Positions 1-13,472 of a DNA stretch of 64,000 bases are shown here, one piece after another. The translations under genes were made by a program, and so were the position numbers. The notes under the pieces were generated by a model. The model did no database searches and was not told where the DNA came from. It saw only the letters and a list, made by a program, of their open reading frames with translations. Position 1 is the stretch's first letter. Every line of letters starts with the position of its first letter. The stretch is from NCBI GenBank assembly GCA_963732415.1, contig CAVSZK010000021.1, forward strand, positions 248,197 through 312,196, read 5' to 3'. Origin of the DNA: an uncultured Gammaproteobacteria bacterium (GTDB taxonomy: Bacteria > Pseudomonadota > Gammaproteobacteria > Steroidobacterales > Steroidobacteraceae).

Positions 1-119
1 TCTGGAGCGCCGGCCAGGGCGTTGGCAACATCCACGAAGTGCTGCCCACGCGTGAACTCATCGCGCGAATGCGCCGTGAGTACGAAGACACGCGTCGTCG
101 CCTGTGTGGCGCGGCCTGA
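1..119 (+). CDS. 3' end of an upstream gene (last ~38 codons, product not identifiable)
   Basis: Frame 3 is open from the window edge to TGA 117-119 (..GQGVGNIHEVLPTRELIARMRREYEDTRRRLCGAA*) with strong GC3 bias. Absent from the ORF track because it has no start in the window. Confidence 0.3.
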   Translation, partial: WSAGQGVGNIHEVLPTRELIARMRREYEDTRRRLCGAA

Positions 120-129
120 CGAGAATGAA

Positions 130-792
<663 letters not shown>

Positions 793-835
793 ACGGCGGG
801 AGCGAGGTCGGTTCGAAGTCGATGAGGTTCCGCTG

Positions 836-1591
836 ATGCATGAGTCAAGCGACTGCCCGCCGTCACGGCCGCCGACAGCCGCGCTGATCGTCGGCGCTGG
901 CGACGCAACCGGTGGTGCGATTGCCAGGCGTTTTGCCCGCGAGGGTCTCGTCGCGTGCGTCGTCAGGCGAGAGTTGGGACACCTGGCGCAACTCGCCGCG
1001 GAGATCGAAGCGCAGGGCGGCCGGGTGCGGGCATTTGGTACTGATGCCAGGGACGAGGAGCAGGTGGTTGCCCTGTTCGAGGAAATCGAGCGCGACGTGG
1101 CACCAATCGAGGTTGTCGTCTACAACATCGGTGCGAATGTTCGATTCCCGGTATCGGACACCACAGCGCGCGTTTTCCGCAAGGTGTGGGAGATGGCCTG
1201 CTTCGGCGGCTTCCTCGCAGGCCGCGAAGCGGCACGACGCATGCTGCCGCGCGGTCGCGGAACCATCATCTTCACTGGCGCCACGGCCAGCGTGCGCGGC
1301 GCCAGCGGCTTCGCCGCATTCGCGGCCGCAAAGCACGGGCTCCGCGCGCTTGCTCAGTCAATGGCTCGCGAACTCGGGCCAAAGGGCATCCACGTGGCGC
1401 ATACCATCATCGATGGTGCCATCGACACGCCGTGGATAGCCGAAAACTTTCCGGAGCACTACGCGCTGAAGGATCGTGACGGGATACTGAACCCCGATGA
1501 CATCGCCGAGGCGTACTGGCAGCTGCACCGGCAGCCCCGCTCAGCCTGGACCCACGAGCTCGATCTTCGACCGTGGATCGAGCCTTTTTAA
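836..1591 (+). CDS. SDR family oxidoreductase, atypical (Phe replaces the catalytic Tyr)
   Basis: 251-aa ORF with an imperfect Gly-rich motif GAGDATGGAI, NIGAN, and ..GFAAFAAAKHG.. (F-x3-K where classical SDRs have Y-x3-K). Confidence 0.85.
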   Translation: MHESSDCPPSRPPTAALIVGAGDATGGAIARRFAREGLVACVVRRELGHLAQLAAEIEAQGGRVRAFGTDARDEEQVVALFEEIERDVAPIEVVVYNIGANVRFPVSDTTARVFRKVWEMACFGGFLAGREAARRMLPRGRGTIIFTGATASVRGASGFAAFAAAKHGLRALAQSMARELGPKGIHVAHTIIDGAIDTPWIAENFPEHYALKDRDGILNPDDIAEAYWQLHRQPRSAWTHELDLRPWIEPF

Positions 1592-1600
1592 CTTCAGATA

Positions 1601-1664
1601 GGGACATTCGCCTTTTTCGGAAGCAGGGGCGAAGCCTCTATTTCCGAAAAAAGGAGCATGTCCC
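1601..1664. terminator. Long imperfect palindrome between convergent genes (possible bidirectional terminator)
   Basis: GGGACATTCGCCTTTTTCGGAA (1601-1622) pairs with TTCCGAAAAAAGGAGCATGTCCC (ending at 1664) around a ~19-nt loop. T- and A-runs lie inside the arms. It sits between the SDR stop (1591) and the gpmA stop (1695). Confidence 0.4.
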
Positions 1665-1694
1665 CTGTCTCGGAAAAAAACATCTACCAGGCGG

Positions 1695-2450
1695 CTATTT
1701 TCTGGCGTCGGCCTGCCGGGCGACGGCTTCGGCGCGCGCCTTTACGGCCTCCGCATCCCCGAGGTAGCGACTCGAGACAGGTTTCAGTCCGGCATCCAGC
1801 TCGTACAGCAGCGGCACCCCGGTTGGAATGTTCAGACCGACGATTTCCTCGTCGGACACCATGTCCAGCATCTTTACCAGCGCACGGATGCTGTTGCCGT
1901 GCGCAACCAGCAGCAGGTTGCGACCGGCCGCCAGTTCGGGCGCGATGCGTGAGTTCCAGTAAGGCAGCACCCTTGCCAGCGTGTCCTTGAGCGACTCGGC
2001 CGCCGGGAGTTCCGCGGCCGGCACGCCGGCATAGCGCCGTTCGAATCGGGGGTGCTGCGGGTCGTCGAGCGACAGCGGCGGCGGCGGGATGTCGTAGCTG
2101 CGCCGCCAGATCTTTACCTGGTCGGCCCCATGCTTCTCGACGGTCTGCGCCTTGTCGAGCCCCTGCAGCGCGCCATAGTGACGCTCGTTCAGGCGCCAGC
2201 TGCGTTCGACGGGCAGCCACATCAGGTCCATGCCGTCGAGCGTGATCCACAGCGTACGGATCGCGCGCTTCAGTACGGACGTGACGGCAAGGTCGAAGGC
2301 AATGCCCTCTTCGAGAAGCAGCCGTGCGGCTTCCTGGGCCTCGAGTGTTCCCTGTTCGGACAGGTCGACGTCGACCCAGCCGGTAAAGAGATTCTGCAGG
2401 TTCCAGGTGCTCTGTCCGTGTCGCAGCAGTACGAGTTTGCCTGTGCTCAT
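1695..2450 (-). CDS. gpmA: 2,3-bisphosphoglycerate-dependent phosphoglycerate mutase
   Basis: 251 aa with N-terminal [29 protein letters not shown] (RHG catalytic-His motif) and full-length family resemblance. Confidence 0.95.
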   Translation of the reverse strand: MSTGKLVLLRHGQSTWNLQNLFTGWVDVDLSEQGTLEAQEAARLLLEEGIAFDLAVTSVLKRAIRTLWITLDGMDLMWLPVERSWRLNERHYGALQGLDKAQTVEKHGADQVKIWRRSYDIPPPPLSLDDPQHPRFERRYAGVPAAELPAAESLKDTLARVLPYWNSRIAPELAAGRNLLLVAHGNSIRALVKMLDMVSDEEIVGLNIPTGVPLLYELDAGLKPVSSRYLGDAEAVKARAEAVARQADARK

Positions 2451-5400
2451 TTGGTCTTTCCTTCCGCGGCAACTACGAGGCGACGCACTGCCTGGAGCGC
2501 GACGGCGAGCGACGCGAAGTCCGCGGCAGTGGGCTGGCCCCGGATGTCGTTGACGACGCCGCGCGCGTGTGCAGCCGGGGCCTCGTGCTTCTTTTTCCAG
2601 CGTTCTATTGCTCGCGCGGGATCTCGCTCGCGCGAACCCTCGAGTACCTGCTGCGTGAGCGCACGCTGGTTTTCGAACAGCGACTCGCGCAGGCTTCCGC
2701 GCGCCACCGCCTGCCAGTGGCCGGCGATCTCGAGCTTTTCGATGCGATCACGAATCCAGTCGAGGTGGAACTCAGCACCCGAGCCGAAGTAGGCGCCGGC
2801 GGCCGATTCCACCGAGATACCGCGCGCCGTGGCGATCTCGACGATATCCGGCGCGCACTGCAGCGCGGAACAGGCCGAGACCTGGCGCGCGAGCTGCGGC
2901 GGCACGCCGGCGCCGACGAGTTCGGCCGCCCGCGCGTCGAATGACTGTCTTTCCATGCCGTGCAGCCACTGCGGCTGCGCCGCGGTCAGCTCACGGATCC
3001 CTGGCCGCAGGCGACCGACCTGCATGTCGATGCCGAGCGCGCCGCGATGCCGCTGAAGCAGCCAGTACGTCGCCTGGCGCAGCAGTGCGACCGTGTCCTG
3101 CAGCATGTCGTACTGGACGCTGGCCGCGACCCGGTTGTCGAGGATTTCGATGGCGCGCCAGATGTCGCGCACGTCGAATATCTCGCGCGCGATCGTGTAG
3201 GCCCGCGCGACGGATGCCGCACCTGCGCCGCAGTCCTGTCGCGTGCGGGAGACGAATGTCGGCCCCATCCGGTTCACGATGCTGTTGGTGGTTGCGGTCG
3301 CGATGATTTCGCGCTTCAGGCGGTGTTCGCCAAGCAGGGCCGAATAGCGCTTCGTGAGCCGGTCCGGGAAGTACCTGCCGAGTTCCTGGCTGAGGTACGG
3401 ATCCTCGGGTACGTCCGATGCTATGAGCTGCTGGTTCAGAGCGATTTTTGCGTACGAGAGCAGCATCGCGAGTTCCGGCCTCGTGAGTCCCTGGCCCGCG
3501 CGGTTGCGCTCCTCCAGGTCCTCGGCGTTCGGCAGGAACTCGAGCGCCCGGTCGAGTACCCCGTCGAGTTCCAGCGAGCGGATGAAATGCGCGTGTTCGC
3601 CGAGACGCTCCGCCGAGTTGGCCTCGAGGATGCTGATTGCCTGTCCCTGCAGGTAGTTGTCGCGCAGCACCAGCTCACCCACGTTGTCGGTCATCTCGGC
3701 AAGCAGGCGGTTGCGCGCCGCCGTCGTGAGCTTTGTCCGCCTGCCGACGGCATCGAGCATGATCTTGATGTTGACCTCGTGGTCCGAGCAGTCCACGCCC
3801 CCGGAATTGTCGACGAAGTCCGTGTTGATGCGGCCGCCGGCGAGCGCGAATTCGATGCGTCCGAGCTGCGACAGGCCCAAATTGCCGCCTTCGCCGACGA
3901 CTTTGCAGCGCAGATCGCGGCCGTCAACCCGCAGGGCATCGTTGTTGCGGTCGCCAATCGCGGAGTTGGCCTCCCAGGAAGCCTTTGCGTAGGTTCCGAT
4001 GCCGCCGTTCCATAGAAGGTCAACCGGCAGCTTGAGGATGGCCTGGATGACCTGCGTCGGCGTGGCCTTCGGGGTCTCGATGCCGAGCAGCGCGCGCGCC
4101 TGTGCCGACAGCACGATCTCCTTCGCGTCGCGCGCGAACACGCCGCCACCGGCGGAAAGGGCGCGATGGTTGTAGTCGCTCCACGATGAACGCGGCAGGT
4201 TGAATAGCCGCTCACGCTCGCGAAAACTCGTCTCGGCGTCCGGTGATGGGTCGATGAAGACGTGCTGGTGATTGAACGCCGCGACCAGGCGGATGTGCCT
4301 TGAGAGCAGCATGCCGTTGCCAAACACGTCGCCAGCCATGTCGCCGATACCGGCAACCGTGAAATCCTGCGACTGGATGTCAACGCCGATTTCACGGAAG
4401 TGGCGCTTCACGCATTCCCAGCCACCCTTGGCCGTGATGCCCATCTTCTTGTGGTCGTAGCCGGCCGAGCCGCCTGATGCAAAGGCATCTCCCAGCCAGA
4501 AGCCGTATTCGGCCGCGAGTGCATTGGCGGTGTCCGAAAACGTAGCCGTTCCCTTGTCGGCCGCGACTACCAGGTACGGATCGTCGGGATCGTAGCGCAC
4601 GGTACGCACCGGCGGCACGATCTCGCCACCAGCGACATTGTCGGTAAGGTCGAGCAGGGCCCGGATGAACATCTTGTAGCACTCGGTGCCTTCGCGCTGG
4701 ATCACCTCGCGCGTCGCATCGACCGGCATCAGCTTCGGGAAGAATCCGCCCTTGGCGCCGACCGGGACAATCAACGTGTTCTTGACGTTCTGCGCCTTCA
4801 TCAGGCCAAGAATCTCGGTGCGGAAGTCCTCGCGGCGGTCCGACCAGCGCAGCCCGCCCCGCGCGACCTTGCCCATGCGCAGGTGCACGCCCTCGACCCG
4901 GGGCGAATACACCCAGATCTCGAACATGGGCCGCGGCTTGGGCAGTTCCGGCAGTTTCCTCGGGTCGAACTTGAACGACACGTAGGGCTTCGGGTCGCCG
5001 TTGACGTCGACCTGGTAGTGGTTCGTACGCAGCGTTGCACCGACCACTGCGCGGAATGCGCGCAGGATCCGGTCGTCATCGGGCTTCGTGACCTTGTCCA
5101 GCGCCTCCTGGACCTCGCGGGCCAGCGTGCGCAGTCGGGAAGCGCGTGTCGAGTCCTTGAGGTCCGGGTCGAAGCGCGCCTCGAAGGTCCACGCGAGCCG
5201 CGACGCGACGCCCGGATGCCGTTCGAGAACCGACTCCATGTAGCGCTGGCTGAACGGCAGGCCGGTCTGCAGCAGGTAGCGGCACACGGCGCGCAGCACC
5301 ACGGCCTGGCGCCAGTGAAGGTCCGCGGCCAGCACCAGGCGGTTTACGCCGTCGCTCTCGGCCAGGCCGTTCCAGACCGCGAAAAACGCTTCCTCCAAAC

Positions 5401-7270
5401 GGGGCCCCGCCTGCACCGGGTCCAGAGTCCTCCCACCCGCGTGCGTCACCTCCAGGACCTGCACCCAGAGGTCATGCCCGTGTCCGATTCGGTACGGGCG
5501 CTCGTTCAGGATGCGCAGGTCGAAGTTCTCGAGCAGCGGGACCAGGTCCGACATTGCCACTGGCTCGCCGCGCCGGTAGAACCGCAGGTGCAGCGCCTTG
5601 CGTGCTGGGTCGCCAGGCCGCAGTTCGAGGCCCAGTGCCGTGCCCGATTCAGGCAGCGCCATGAGTTCGCGGATGTCGTCAATGGCATCACGGGCGGAAA
5701 CGTCTTCCTGGTAAGCCGCGGGAAACGCAGTCGCGTAGCTCTCGGCGCGCTCGCCAGGCAGTCGGGCCGCGAGTTCCTCGCGCAGCCGGTCTTCCCAGGT
5801 ACGGATCGCCTCTGCGACGCGTCGCTCAATTCGTTCCACGTCCACGCCGACGTCGTGCGCCGGGTCGGTGCGGACGAGGACGTACAATCGCGCGAGCGCG
5901 GACTCGGAGATCTGCACCTGTGTCTCGTGCGACAGGCCGGCGAGTTCCTGCAGCAGGATCTCCTCGATTCTGAGCCTCGCCTGGGTGTTGTAGCGATCGC
6001 GCGGCACGTAAAGCAGGGCGCTGTAGAAACGCCCGTACGGATCGCGTCGCAGGAACAGCCGGACCCGGCGGCGCTCGTAGATGTTTACGATGCCGCGCGC
6101 GTTGCGCACGAGCTCCGCCACGCTCGCCTGGAAGAGTTCGTCGCGCGGGTAGCACTCGAGTACGTGGAACAGTGCCTTGCTGTCGTGGCCGCCGGGTGCC
6201 GCGCCGATCTGGTCGACGATGCGCTGGATCTTGTGGCGCAGCAGCGGGATCTCGCGCGGATTGGCGCTGTATGTCGATGACGTGAACAGGCCGAGGAATC
6301 GCTGTTCGCCGGTCACGTTGCCACGCGCGTCAATGATCTTGACGCCGACGTAATCGAGGTACGTGGCCCGGTGCACGGTGGAGATTGAATTGGCCTTTGT
6401 CACCACCAGCGCCGCAGGTTCGCGCGCGCGCCGGCGTACCTCGCCTTTCAGCAGGGAGGGCTTCGGCCGCGGCCGTCCTTTGCCGGTGCGCAACAGGCCC
6501 AGTCCCGACGACGGAACCGGCACGAGCCGGTCCTGCCTCGCTCCGCGCACCAGCTTGTACTCGCGATAGCCGAGGAACGTGAAGTGATTGTCCGCCAGCC
6601 ACGACAGGAACGCGCTGGCCTCGTTGCACTCGGCGCGACCGACGCCGGGCATGCCGACGGCAATGCTGGCCGATAGCGACTGGGCGCGACTGGACATTTC
6701 CCGCCAGTCCTGGACAGCAAACCGGACGTCGGTCAGCATCGCGACGATTCGCGCACGTACTTCCTCGAGGCGCGCGGGGTCTGCGACGCCGTCGACCTCG
6801 ACGTGTTGCCAGGATTCGATCAACTCGCCGGCCGACTCGTCGGATGCGCAGCGCTTGAGGCGGCCCGCACGGTCGCGGGTCACGTGCAGCACGGGATGTA
6901 CCATCACGTGCAGTGCCAGGCCACAGTCGGCCAGCACCATTGCAAGCGAATCGACCAGGAACGGCATGTCATCCGTGACGACTTCAACCACCGTGTTCGG
7001 CGAGGTCCAGCCATGCTGCGACTGCACGGGGTTGAATACGCGCACCAGCGACTGGTTGGCACGTCTCCGCGAGCCGAACTCGAGCAGGCCCGTCGCCGCG
7101 GCCGCGAGATCGGCCGGCCGGCGGACACCGAGGTCGTCTTCGTCGACGCCGCGGTAGCAGTCGCGCACGAATTTGGCCGGTTGCACCGGGCCCCGAGCCA
7201 GGCCAGGCCTGATCTGGGCCGCAATGGCATCAATCAGGTGCCTGCGAACGGCCGGAATGCTGCCTGACAT
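2447..7270 (-). CDS. gdhB: NAD-specific glutamate dehydrogenase, large (~180 kDa) type
   Basis: Single 1607-aa ORF typical of the giant bacterial NAD-GDH family. Its stop TGA overlaps the gpmA ATG (ATGA at 2447-2450). Confidence 0.92.
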   Translation of the reverse strand: MSGSIPAVRRHLIDAIAAQIRPGLARGPVQPAKFVRDCYRGVDEDDLGVRRPADLAAAATGLLEFGSRRRANQSLVRVFNPVQSQHGWTSPNTVVEVVTDDMPFLVDSLAMVLADCGLALHVMVHPVLHVTRDRAGRLKRCASDESAGELIESWQHVEVDGVADPARLEEVRARIVAMLTDVRFAVQDWREMSSRAQSLSASIAVGMPGVGRAECNEASAFLSWLADNHFTFLGYREYKLVRGARQDRLVPVPSSGLGLLRTGKGRPRPKPSLLKGEVRRRAREPAALVVTKANSISTVHRATYLDYVGVKIIDARGNVTGEQRFLGLFTSSTYSANPREIPLLRHKIQRIVDQIGAAPGGHDSKALFHVLECYPRDELFQASVAELVRNARGIVNIYERRRVRLFLRRDPYGRFYSALLYVPRDRYNTQARLRIEEILLQELAGLSHETQVQISESALARLYVLVRTDPAHDVGVDVERIERRVAEAIRTWEDRLREELAARLPGERAESYATAFPAAYQEDVSARDAIDDIRELMALPESGTALGLELRPGDPARKALHLRFYRRGEPVAMSDLVPLLENFDLRILNERPYRIGHGHDLWVQVLEVTHAGGRTLDPVQAGPRLEEAFFAVWNGLAESDGVNRLVLAADLHWRQAVVLRAVCRYLLQTGLPFSQRYMESVLERHPGVASRLAWTFEARFDPDLKDSTRASRLRTLAREVQEALDKVTKPDDDRILRAFRAVVGATLRTNHYQVDVNGDPKPYVSFKFDPRKLPELPKPRPMFEIWVYSPRVEGVHLRMGKVARGGLRWSDRREDFRTEILGLMKAQNVKNTLIVPVGAKGGFFPKLMPVDATREVIQREGTECYKMFIRALLDLTDNVAGGEIVPPVRTVRYDPDDPYLVVAADKGTATFSDTANALAAEYGFWLGDAFASGGSAGYDHKKMGITAKGGWECVKRHFREIGVDIQSQDFTVAGIGDMAGDVFGNGMLLSRHIRLVAAFNHQHVFIDPSPDAETSFRERERLFNLPRSSWSDYNHRALSAGGGVFARDAKEIVLSAQARALLGIETPKATPTQVIQAILKLPVDLLWNGGIGTYAKASWEANSAIGDRNNDALRVDGRDLRCKVVGEGGNLGLSQLGRIEFALAGGRINTDFVDNSGGVDCSDHEVNIKIMLDAVGRRTKLTTAARNRLLAEMTDNVGELVLRDNYLQGQAISILEANSAERLGEHAHFIRSLELDGVLDRALEFLPNAEDLEERNRAGQGLTRPELAMLLSYAKIALNQQLIASDVPEDPYLSQELGRYFPDRLTKRYSALLGEHRLKREIIATATTNSIVNRMGPTFVSRTRQDCGAGAASVARAYTIAREIFDVRDIWRAIEILDNRVAASVQYDMLQDTVALLRQATYWLLQRHRGALGIDMQVGRLRPGIRELTAAQPQWLHGMERQSFDARAAELVGAGVPPQLARQVSACSALQCAPDIVEIATARGISVESAAGAYFGSGAEFHLDWIRDRIEKLEIAGHWQAVARGSLRESLFENQRALTQQVLEGSRERDPARAIERWKKKHEAPAAHARGVVNDIRGQPTAADFASLAVALQAVRRLVVAAEGKTK

Positions 7271-7348
7271 GGTTAGTTGTCCTTAATGCTGCTTGGCGCC
7301 GCAACGCCGATTATAGGTCAATGCGCGGTGTGTCTTGAGGCGGCATAT

Positions 7349-7828
7349 TCATGTGCCGTCCTTTGGCCGCGGCGAGGCGAGGGAGTGCGCGCGCGCGGTG
7401 AGTTTTCCGATGATCGAATCGAGGGCCGCGACCTGCTTCGCGTCGAGGCAGTCGAGCAGGTCGCGTTCGTAGTCCAGCGCAAGCGGGGCGATCTTGCTGT
7501 ACACGGCCCGGCCTGCCGGAGAGAGGCGCAGAATCGAGCGACGGCGATCCTCGCGCGCCACCGAGCGGCGAAGCCGACCTGCGCGAGTGAGTCGGGTCAC
7601 GGCGCGACTCACGGCGACCGCGTCCATGCGGGTGAACGTCGCGACTTCGGCGGCGGACAGTCCGGGATGACGCGCGAGCACGGCGATCACCCGCCATTCG
7701 GGAATGCCGAGGCCGAAGCGTTGCTGGTAGGCGCTTGCGATCGAGCCGCTGACGATGTTGGTCAGCACCGACAGGCGGTACGGCAGGAACTGCTCGAGTT
7801 CGATCCGGTCAGGCAGATGGCGCGACAC
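7349..7828 (-). CDS. MarR family transcriptional regulator
   Basis: 159 aa with a winged-HTH core (WRVIAVLARHPGLSAAEVATFTRMDAVAVSRAVTRLTRAGRLRR..DRRRSILRLSPAG). Confidence 0.85.
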   Translation of the reverse strand: MSRHLPDRIELEQFLPYRLSVLTNIVSGSIASAYQQRFGLGIPEWRVIAVLARHPGLSAAEVATFTRMDAVAVSRAVTRLTRAGRLRRSVAREDRRRSILRLSPAGRAVYSKIAPLALDYERDLLDCLDAKQVAALDSIIGKLTARAHSLASPRPKDGT

Positions 7829-7892
7829 GCGAATATCCGGCCCAGAAGATACTTGCGAGTGTAACTATTCGGCCTGCCAGTGCGCCAGCAGC

Positions 7893-8999
7893 CTATGGCC
7901 GGTGGGGTCGCGCCAGGTACTCATGCGACTGCATTTCGGCCAGCCGGCTCCGCGTGCGTTCGAACTCGAAGCGAAGGCGATCGCCACCGTACAGCGCTTC
8001 CGGTGCCGCGGCCGCGGACAGCACCAGTTTCGCGGAGCGGTCGTAGAATTCGTCCACCAGCGCGATGAAGCGCCTGGCCTCGTTCTCGAGCGTGGCGTCG
8101 AATACGGGAACGTCGGAGACGAATACCGTGTGGAAGTCCCTTGCGATTTCCACGTAGTCGGCCGTTCCCCGCGGTCCCTCGCAGAGGGCTGAAAATTCGA
8201 ACCAGGCGACGTCCTGGCTTTGCCGGCGCAAGGGTATCGTCCGGCCCTCGATGTCGAGATCGCCGCCGATCTGGCCCTGCGTGCCGGCGATGGCCGAAAA
8301 TCGCTCGGCGAGGTCGTCGTCCACGCCAGCGGCACCCGAGTCGAAATACAGCGGTGCCTTCTCAAGCTGGCGCAGACGGTAGTCCGCGCCGGCGTCCACG
8401 TTCACCACCTCGCAGCGTCGTTCGATCAGCGCGATCGCTGGCAGAAAGCGTGCCCTTTGCAGCCCGTCCCGATACAGCCCGTCCGGCGGCGCGTTCGAGG
8501 TGAATACCAGCGAGACTCCCTGCGCGTCCAGCGCTGCAAACAGCCCCGAGAGGATCATTGCATCTGCAATGTCGCTCACGAACAGTTCGTCGAGGCAGAG
8601 AGCGCGGGCATCGGCCCCGATGGCGGAAGCAACGCTGGACAGCGGATCCTCGACCTGCTTCAAGGTTCGAAGGCGGGCGTGGACGTCCTTCATGAACCGG
8701 TGGAAGTGCTCGCGGCGCGACGCAACCCCGGCGTGCTGGTGGAACAGGTCCATCAGGAACGTCTTGCCGCGTCCAACGTCGCCCCAGAGGTAGATACCGC
8801 GAGGTGCCTCGCGCGCCGCGTCGAGTCCGCCGGGGAGCAGGCGCGCGAGCCAGCCGCGCCGTCGCGGTGCCGGCTTCCGGAGACGGCGCTTCAGGTCGTC
8901 AAGCCGCTTGACCGCATGCACCTGGGAGTCGTCGGCGCGATAGCCGTGCCGGCCGATCGAGTCGCTGTAGGCCTGCAGCAGGTCGACGGAGTCGCTCAC
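7893..8999 (-). CDS. zapE: Cell division protein ZapE (AFG1-like ATPase)
   Basis: Walker A motif GIYLWGDVGRGKTFLMDLF and AFG1 family resemblance. I prefer the GTG start at 8999 (MSDSVDLLQAY..), which gives 368 aa and removes the overlap with the upstream gene. The track ORF extends to 9074. Confidence 0.88.
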   Translation of the reverse strand: MSDSVDLLQAYSDSIGRHGYRADDSQVHAVKRLDDLKRRLRKPAPRRRGWLARLLPGGLDAAREAPRGIYLWGDVGRGKTFLMDLFHQHAGVASRREHFHRFMKDVHARLRTLKQVEDPLSSVASAIGADARALCLDELFVSDIADAMILSGLFAALDAQGVSLVFTSNAPPDGLYRDGLQRARFLPAIALIERRCEVVNVDAGADYRLRQLEKAPLYFDSGAAGVDDDLAERFSAIAGTQGQIGGDLDIEGRTIPLRRQSQDVAWFEFSALCEGPRGTADYVEIARDFHTVFVSDVPVFDATLENEARRFIALVDEFYDRSAKLVLSAAAAPEALYGGDRLRFEFERTRSRLAEMQSHEYLARPHRP

Positions 9000-9012
9000 T
9001 AGCGGGGCCGGT

Positions 9013-10959
<1,947 letters not shown>

Positions 10960-10969
10960 GCGTCGATCC

Positions 10970-12592
10970 CTACATGCTCTCGTAGTTCGGTCCGGAACCG
11001 CCTTCCGGCGTCGTCCAGGTGATGATCTCGTACGGGTCCTTGATGTCGCAGGCCTTGCAGTGCACACAGTTCGCGGCATTGATCTGCAACCGCCTGCCGC
11101 CGGCGCCGTCGTCCACCATCTCGTAGACGTCGGCCGGGCAGAAGTACTGGCAGGGATTGCCGTATTCCTGGGCGCAGCGCGTGGCACAGATCGACAGGTC
11201 CGAGACCTTGAGGTGGGCGGGCTGCGATTCCTCGTGCGCGTTGCCGGCGAAGTACACAGCGCCCACGCGGTCACGCGGCTTCAACTCGCGTTCGATCCAG
11301 CCGCGATCGGGCGAGGACACCTCATCGAGGCGCTTCAGCGCCGAGTGGTCTGCGTGGTTGGCGAGCGTCCACGGCGAGTGCCCGGCCGTGATCGTCTCGA
11401 GCGCGCCATTGGCCATTCCCGCCCACATTCCGCGGCGGAAGCCGGGACGGATGTTGCGTACCTTGCGCAGTTCCGTCCCGCCCGGCGAGGCGCGCCAGCG
11501 AGCGTCGAATCCCGCTGCTCCGCCCGTCTCGACCAGGTGCTCCGCAGCGAGCACTGCAGAGCGGATGGCCTGGTGCACGCCCTTGATCTTCGGAACGTTC
11601 AACGTGCCGCCGGCGTCGCCCACCAGCACCGCGCCAGGCATCTCGAGCGTCGGCATGGATTGCCAGCCACCCTCGACGATCGTGCGTGCACCGTAGGCCA
11701 GGATCTCGCCGCCTTCGAACAGCGGCTTCAGGCTTGGATGGTTCTTGAACTGCTGGAACGCCTCGAAGGGCTGGAAGCGCGGGTCGGCATAGTCGAGGCC
11801 CACGACGAAACCGATGTACACGCGGTTCTGGTCGAGGTGGTACATGAAGCTGCCGCCGTAGGTGGCGGTGTCCATCGGCCAGCCCACCGTGTGGCGTATC
11901 AGCCCGGGCTCCACGCGGCCCTCGGGCAACTGCCAGAGTTCCTTGAAGCCCAGGCCGTAGGTCTGCGGCGACTTGCCGGCGTCAAGGTCGAAGCGCCGGA
12001 TCAGGATCTTGGACACGCTGCCCCTGCAGCCCTCCGCCAGTATCGTGGTCTTCGCGCGGATCTCCGGTCCCGGCGCGAAGTTCGGCCCGGGCTGGCCGTC
12101 CTTGTCGAGCCCCATGTCGCCGATGCGCACGCCCGCGACCGCTCCGTCGCCGTCGAACAGCGGTGCCGCCGCCGCGAAGCCCGCGAACACGTCGCAGCCC
12201 AGCGCCTCGACCTTGCCGCCCATGTATGCGGCCAGGTTGCCGATCGACATGATCAGGTTGCCGTGATTGTTCATCTGCGGCGGCGTCGGCAGCCGGACGC
12301 GCTTGGTCGCGGTCAGGAAGCTGAATTCGTCGCGGCCGGCGGGTACGCTCGTGCCCTTGTACTCATCGCGCCAGCCGGGAAGCAGGGCATCGAGCGGACC
12401 CGGCTCGACGACGGCCCCGGAGAGCATGTGCGCGCCTACGCTCGCAGCCTTCTCCAGCACGCAGATATTCAGGTCCGGCTTGAGCTGCTTCAGGCGCATC
12501 GCGCAGGCGAGTCCGGCAGGGCCCGCGCCGACAACCACGACGTCGTACTCCATCACGTCCCGTTCGACTTCGATCGATGTGGATTCAGTCAC
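10970..12592 (-). CDS. Electron transfer flavoprotein-ubiquinone oxidoreductase
   Basis: 540 aa with FAD motif YDVVVVGAGPAGL and a C-terminal 4Fe-4S region (CPADVYE..CVHCKACDIKDP). Confidence 0.93.
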   Translation of the reverse strand: MTESTSIEVERDVMEYDVVVVGAGPAGLACAMRLKQLKPDLNICVLEKAASVGAHMLSGAVVEPGPLDALLPGWRDEYKGTSVPAGRDEFSFLTATKRVRLPTPPQMNNHGNLIMSIGNLAAYMGGKVEALGCDVFAGFAAAAPLFDGDGAVAGVRIGDMGLDKDGQPGPNFAPGPEIRAKTTILAEGCRGSVSKILIRRFDLDAGKSPQTYGLGFKELWQLPEGRVEPGLIRHTVGWPMDTATYGGSFMYHLDQNRVYIGFVVGLDYADPRFQPFEAFQQFKNHPSLKPLFEGGEILAYGARTIVEGGWQSMPTLEMPGAVLVGDAGGTLNVPKIKGVHQAIRSAVLAAEHLVETGGAAGFDARWRASPGGTELRKVRNIRPGFRRGMWAGMANGALETITAGHSPWTLANHADHSALKRLDEVSSPDRGWIERELKPRDRVGAVYFAGNAHEESQPAHLKVSDLSICATRCAQEYGNPCQYFCPADVYEMVDDGAGGRRLQINAANCVHCKACDIKDPYEIITWTTPEGGSGPNYESM

Positions 12593-12622
12593 TTGGATGC
12601 ACCTGCTGGTCAGTTTCGTGCC

Positions 12623-12663
12623 GCGTCGCGCGGCATGAGGCCGCAGTTGGGGTTCATGGCCTC
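12623..12663. repeat. Short, diverged relative of the intergenic palindromic repeat family
   Basis: GCGTCGCGCGGCATG..GGGTTCATGGC matches both ends of the core at 63364-63420, but the middle is shorter. It is intergenic, between the ETF-QO start and the SDR stop. Confidence 0.35.
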
Positions 12664-12678
12664 AATCTAGCCCCCGGC

Positions 12679-13446
12679 TCAGCGCGGCGCCATCCGTATG
12701 GAGCCGTCGAGCCGGATCGTCTCGCCGTTCAGCATCGGGTTCTCGACCACCTGGCGTACCAGAGATGCGAACTCGGCCGGGTGTCCCAGCCGGGGCGGGA
12801 ACGGCACCTGCTTGCCGAGCGACTCCTGTGCTTCCTTCGGGAGGGCCGCCATCATCGGCGTGAGGAACAGCCCGGGCGCGATGGTGACGACGCGGATCCC
12901 GGATGAAGCGAGTTCGCGAGCCATCGGCAGTGTCATGCCGACGACACCGCCCTTGGACGCCGCGTAGGCCACCTGGCCCACCTGGCCGTCAAAGGCCGCA
13001 ACCGAAGCCGTCATCACGAGGACGCCGCGCTCACCCTCGGCGTTCGGCGAATTTTTCTGCATCGCGGCTGCCGCGGCCTTGCAAACGAGCAGAGTGCCGA
13101 CGAGGTTGATTTCAATGACCTTCCGGAAGAACTCGCCGGGCATCGGGCCGTCCTTGCCCACCATGCGCTTCGGCCAGCCGACTCCCGCGCAATTGACCGC
13201 AAGGTTGAGCCCACCCATTGCTTCGACCGCTGCCAGCACGGCCTGGTTCACGGCATCCTCCGAGGTGACATCGACATGCCGGAAGCTGGCTCGTTCGCCC
13301 AGCCGCTGCGCAGCTTCCGCGCCGGCCGCTTCGTTGACGTCAAGCAGCGTCGCCCGGCCGCCGGCGGCGATCACGCTCTCGACGACCGCGAGCCCGAGAC
13401 CCGAGGCGCCCCCCGTGACGACTGCACGTACGTCATTCATCTGCAT
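12679..13446 (-). CDS. 3-hydroxyacyl-CoA dehydrogenase type 2-like SDR (3-hydroxy-2-methylbutyryl-CoA dehydrogenase family)
   Basis: 255 aa with VTGGASGLG, NCAG, S..YAASKGG, and C-terminal NGETIRLDGSIRMAPR typical of the HSD10-like group. Confidence 0.85.
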   Translation of the reverse strand: MQMNDVRAVVTGGASGLGLAVVESVIAAGGRATLLDVNEAAGAEAAQRLGERASFRHVDVTSEDAVNQAVLAAVEAMGGLNLAVNCAGVGWPKRMVGKDGPMPGEFFRKVIEINLVGTLLVCKAAAAAMQKNSPNAEGERGVLVMTASVAAFDGQVGQVAYAASKGGVVGMTLPMARELASSGIRVVTIAPGLFLTPMMAALPKEAQESLGKQVPFPPRLGHPAEFASLVRQVVENPMLNGETIRLDGSIRMAPR

Positions 13447-13472
13447 TTTCGTGAACTCCGTGGGGCGTTCGG

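Noticed and set aside
2960-6280. Long plus-strand ORFs (351 aa, 465 aa and others) inside the gdhB region
   Set aside because: They are antisense to a 1607-aa gene with clear family identity. The products are Arg/Ala/Pro-rich with no motifs, which is typical of high-GC shadow ORFs.
10960-11274. N-terminal extensions of track ORFs (acetoacetyl-CoA synthetase here; also 45959-46690, 20099-20488, 14235-14369, 15457-15639, 47356-47457, 52464-52553, 54009-54104)
   Set aside because: The extensions overlap neighbouring genes in other frames, are Arg/Ser/Thr/Pro-rich, and precede internal starts at which the conserved family N-termini begin.
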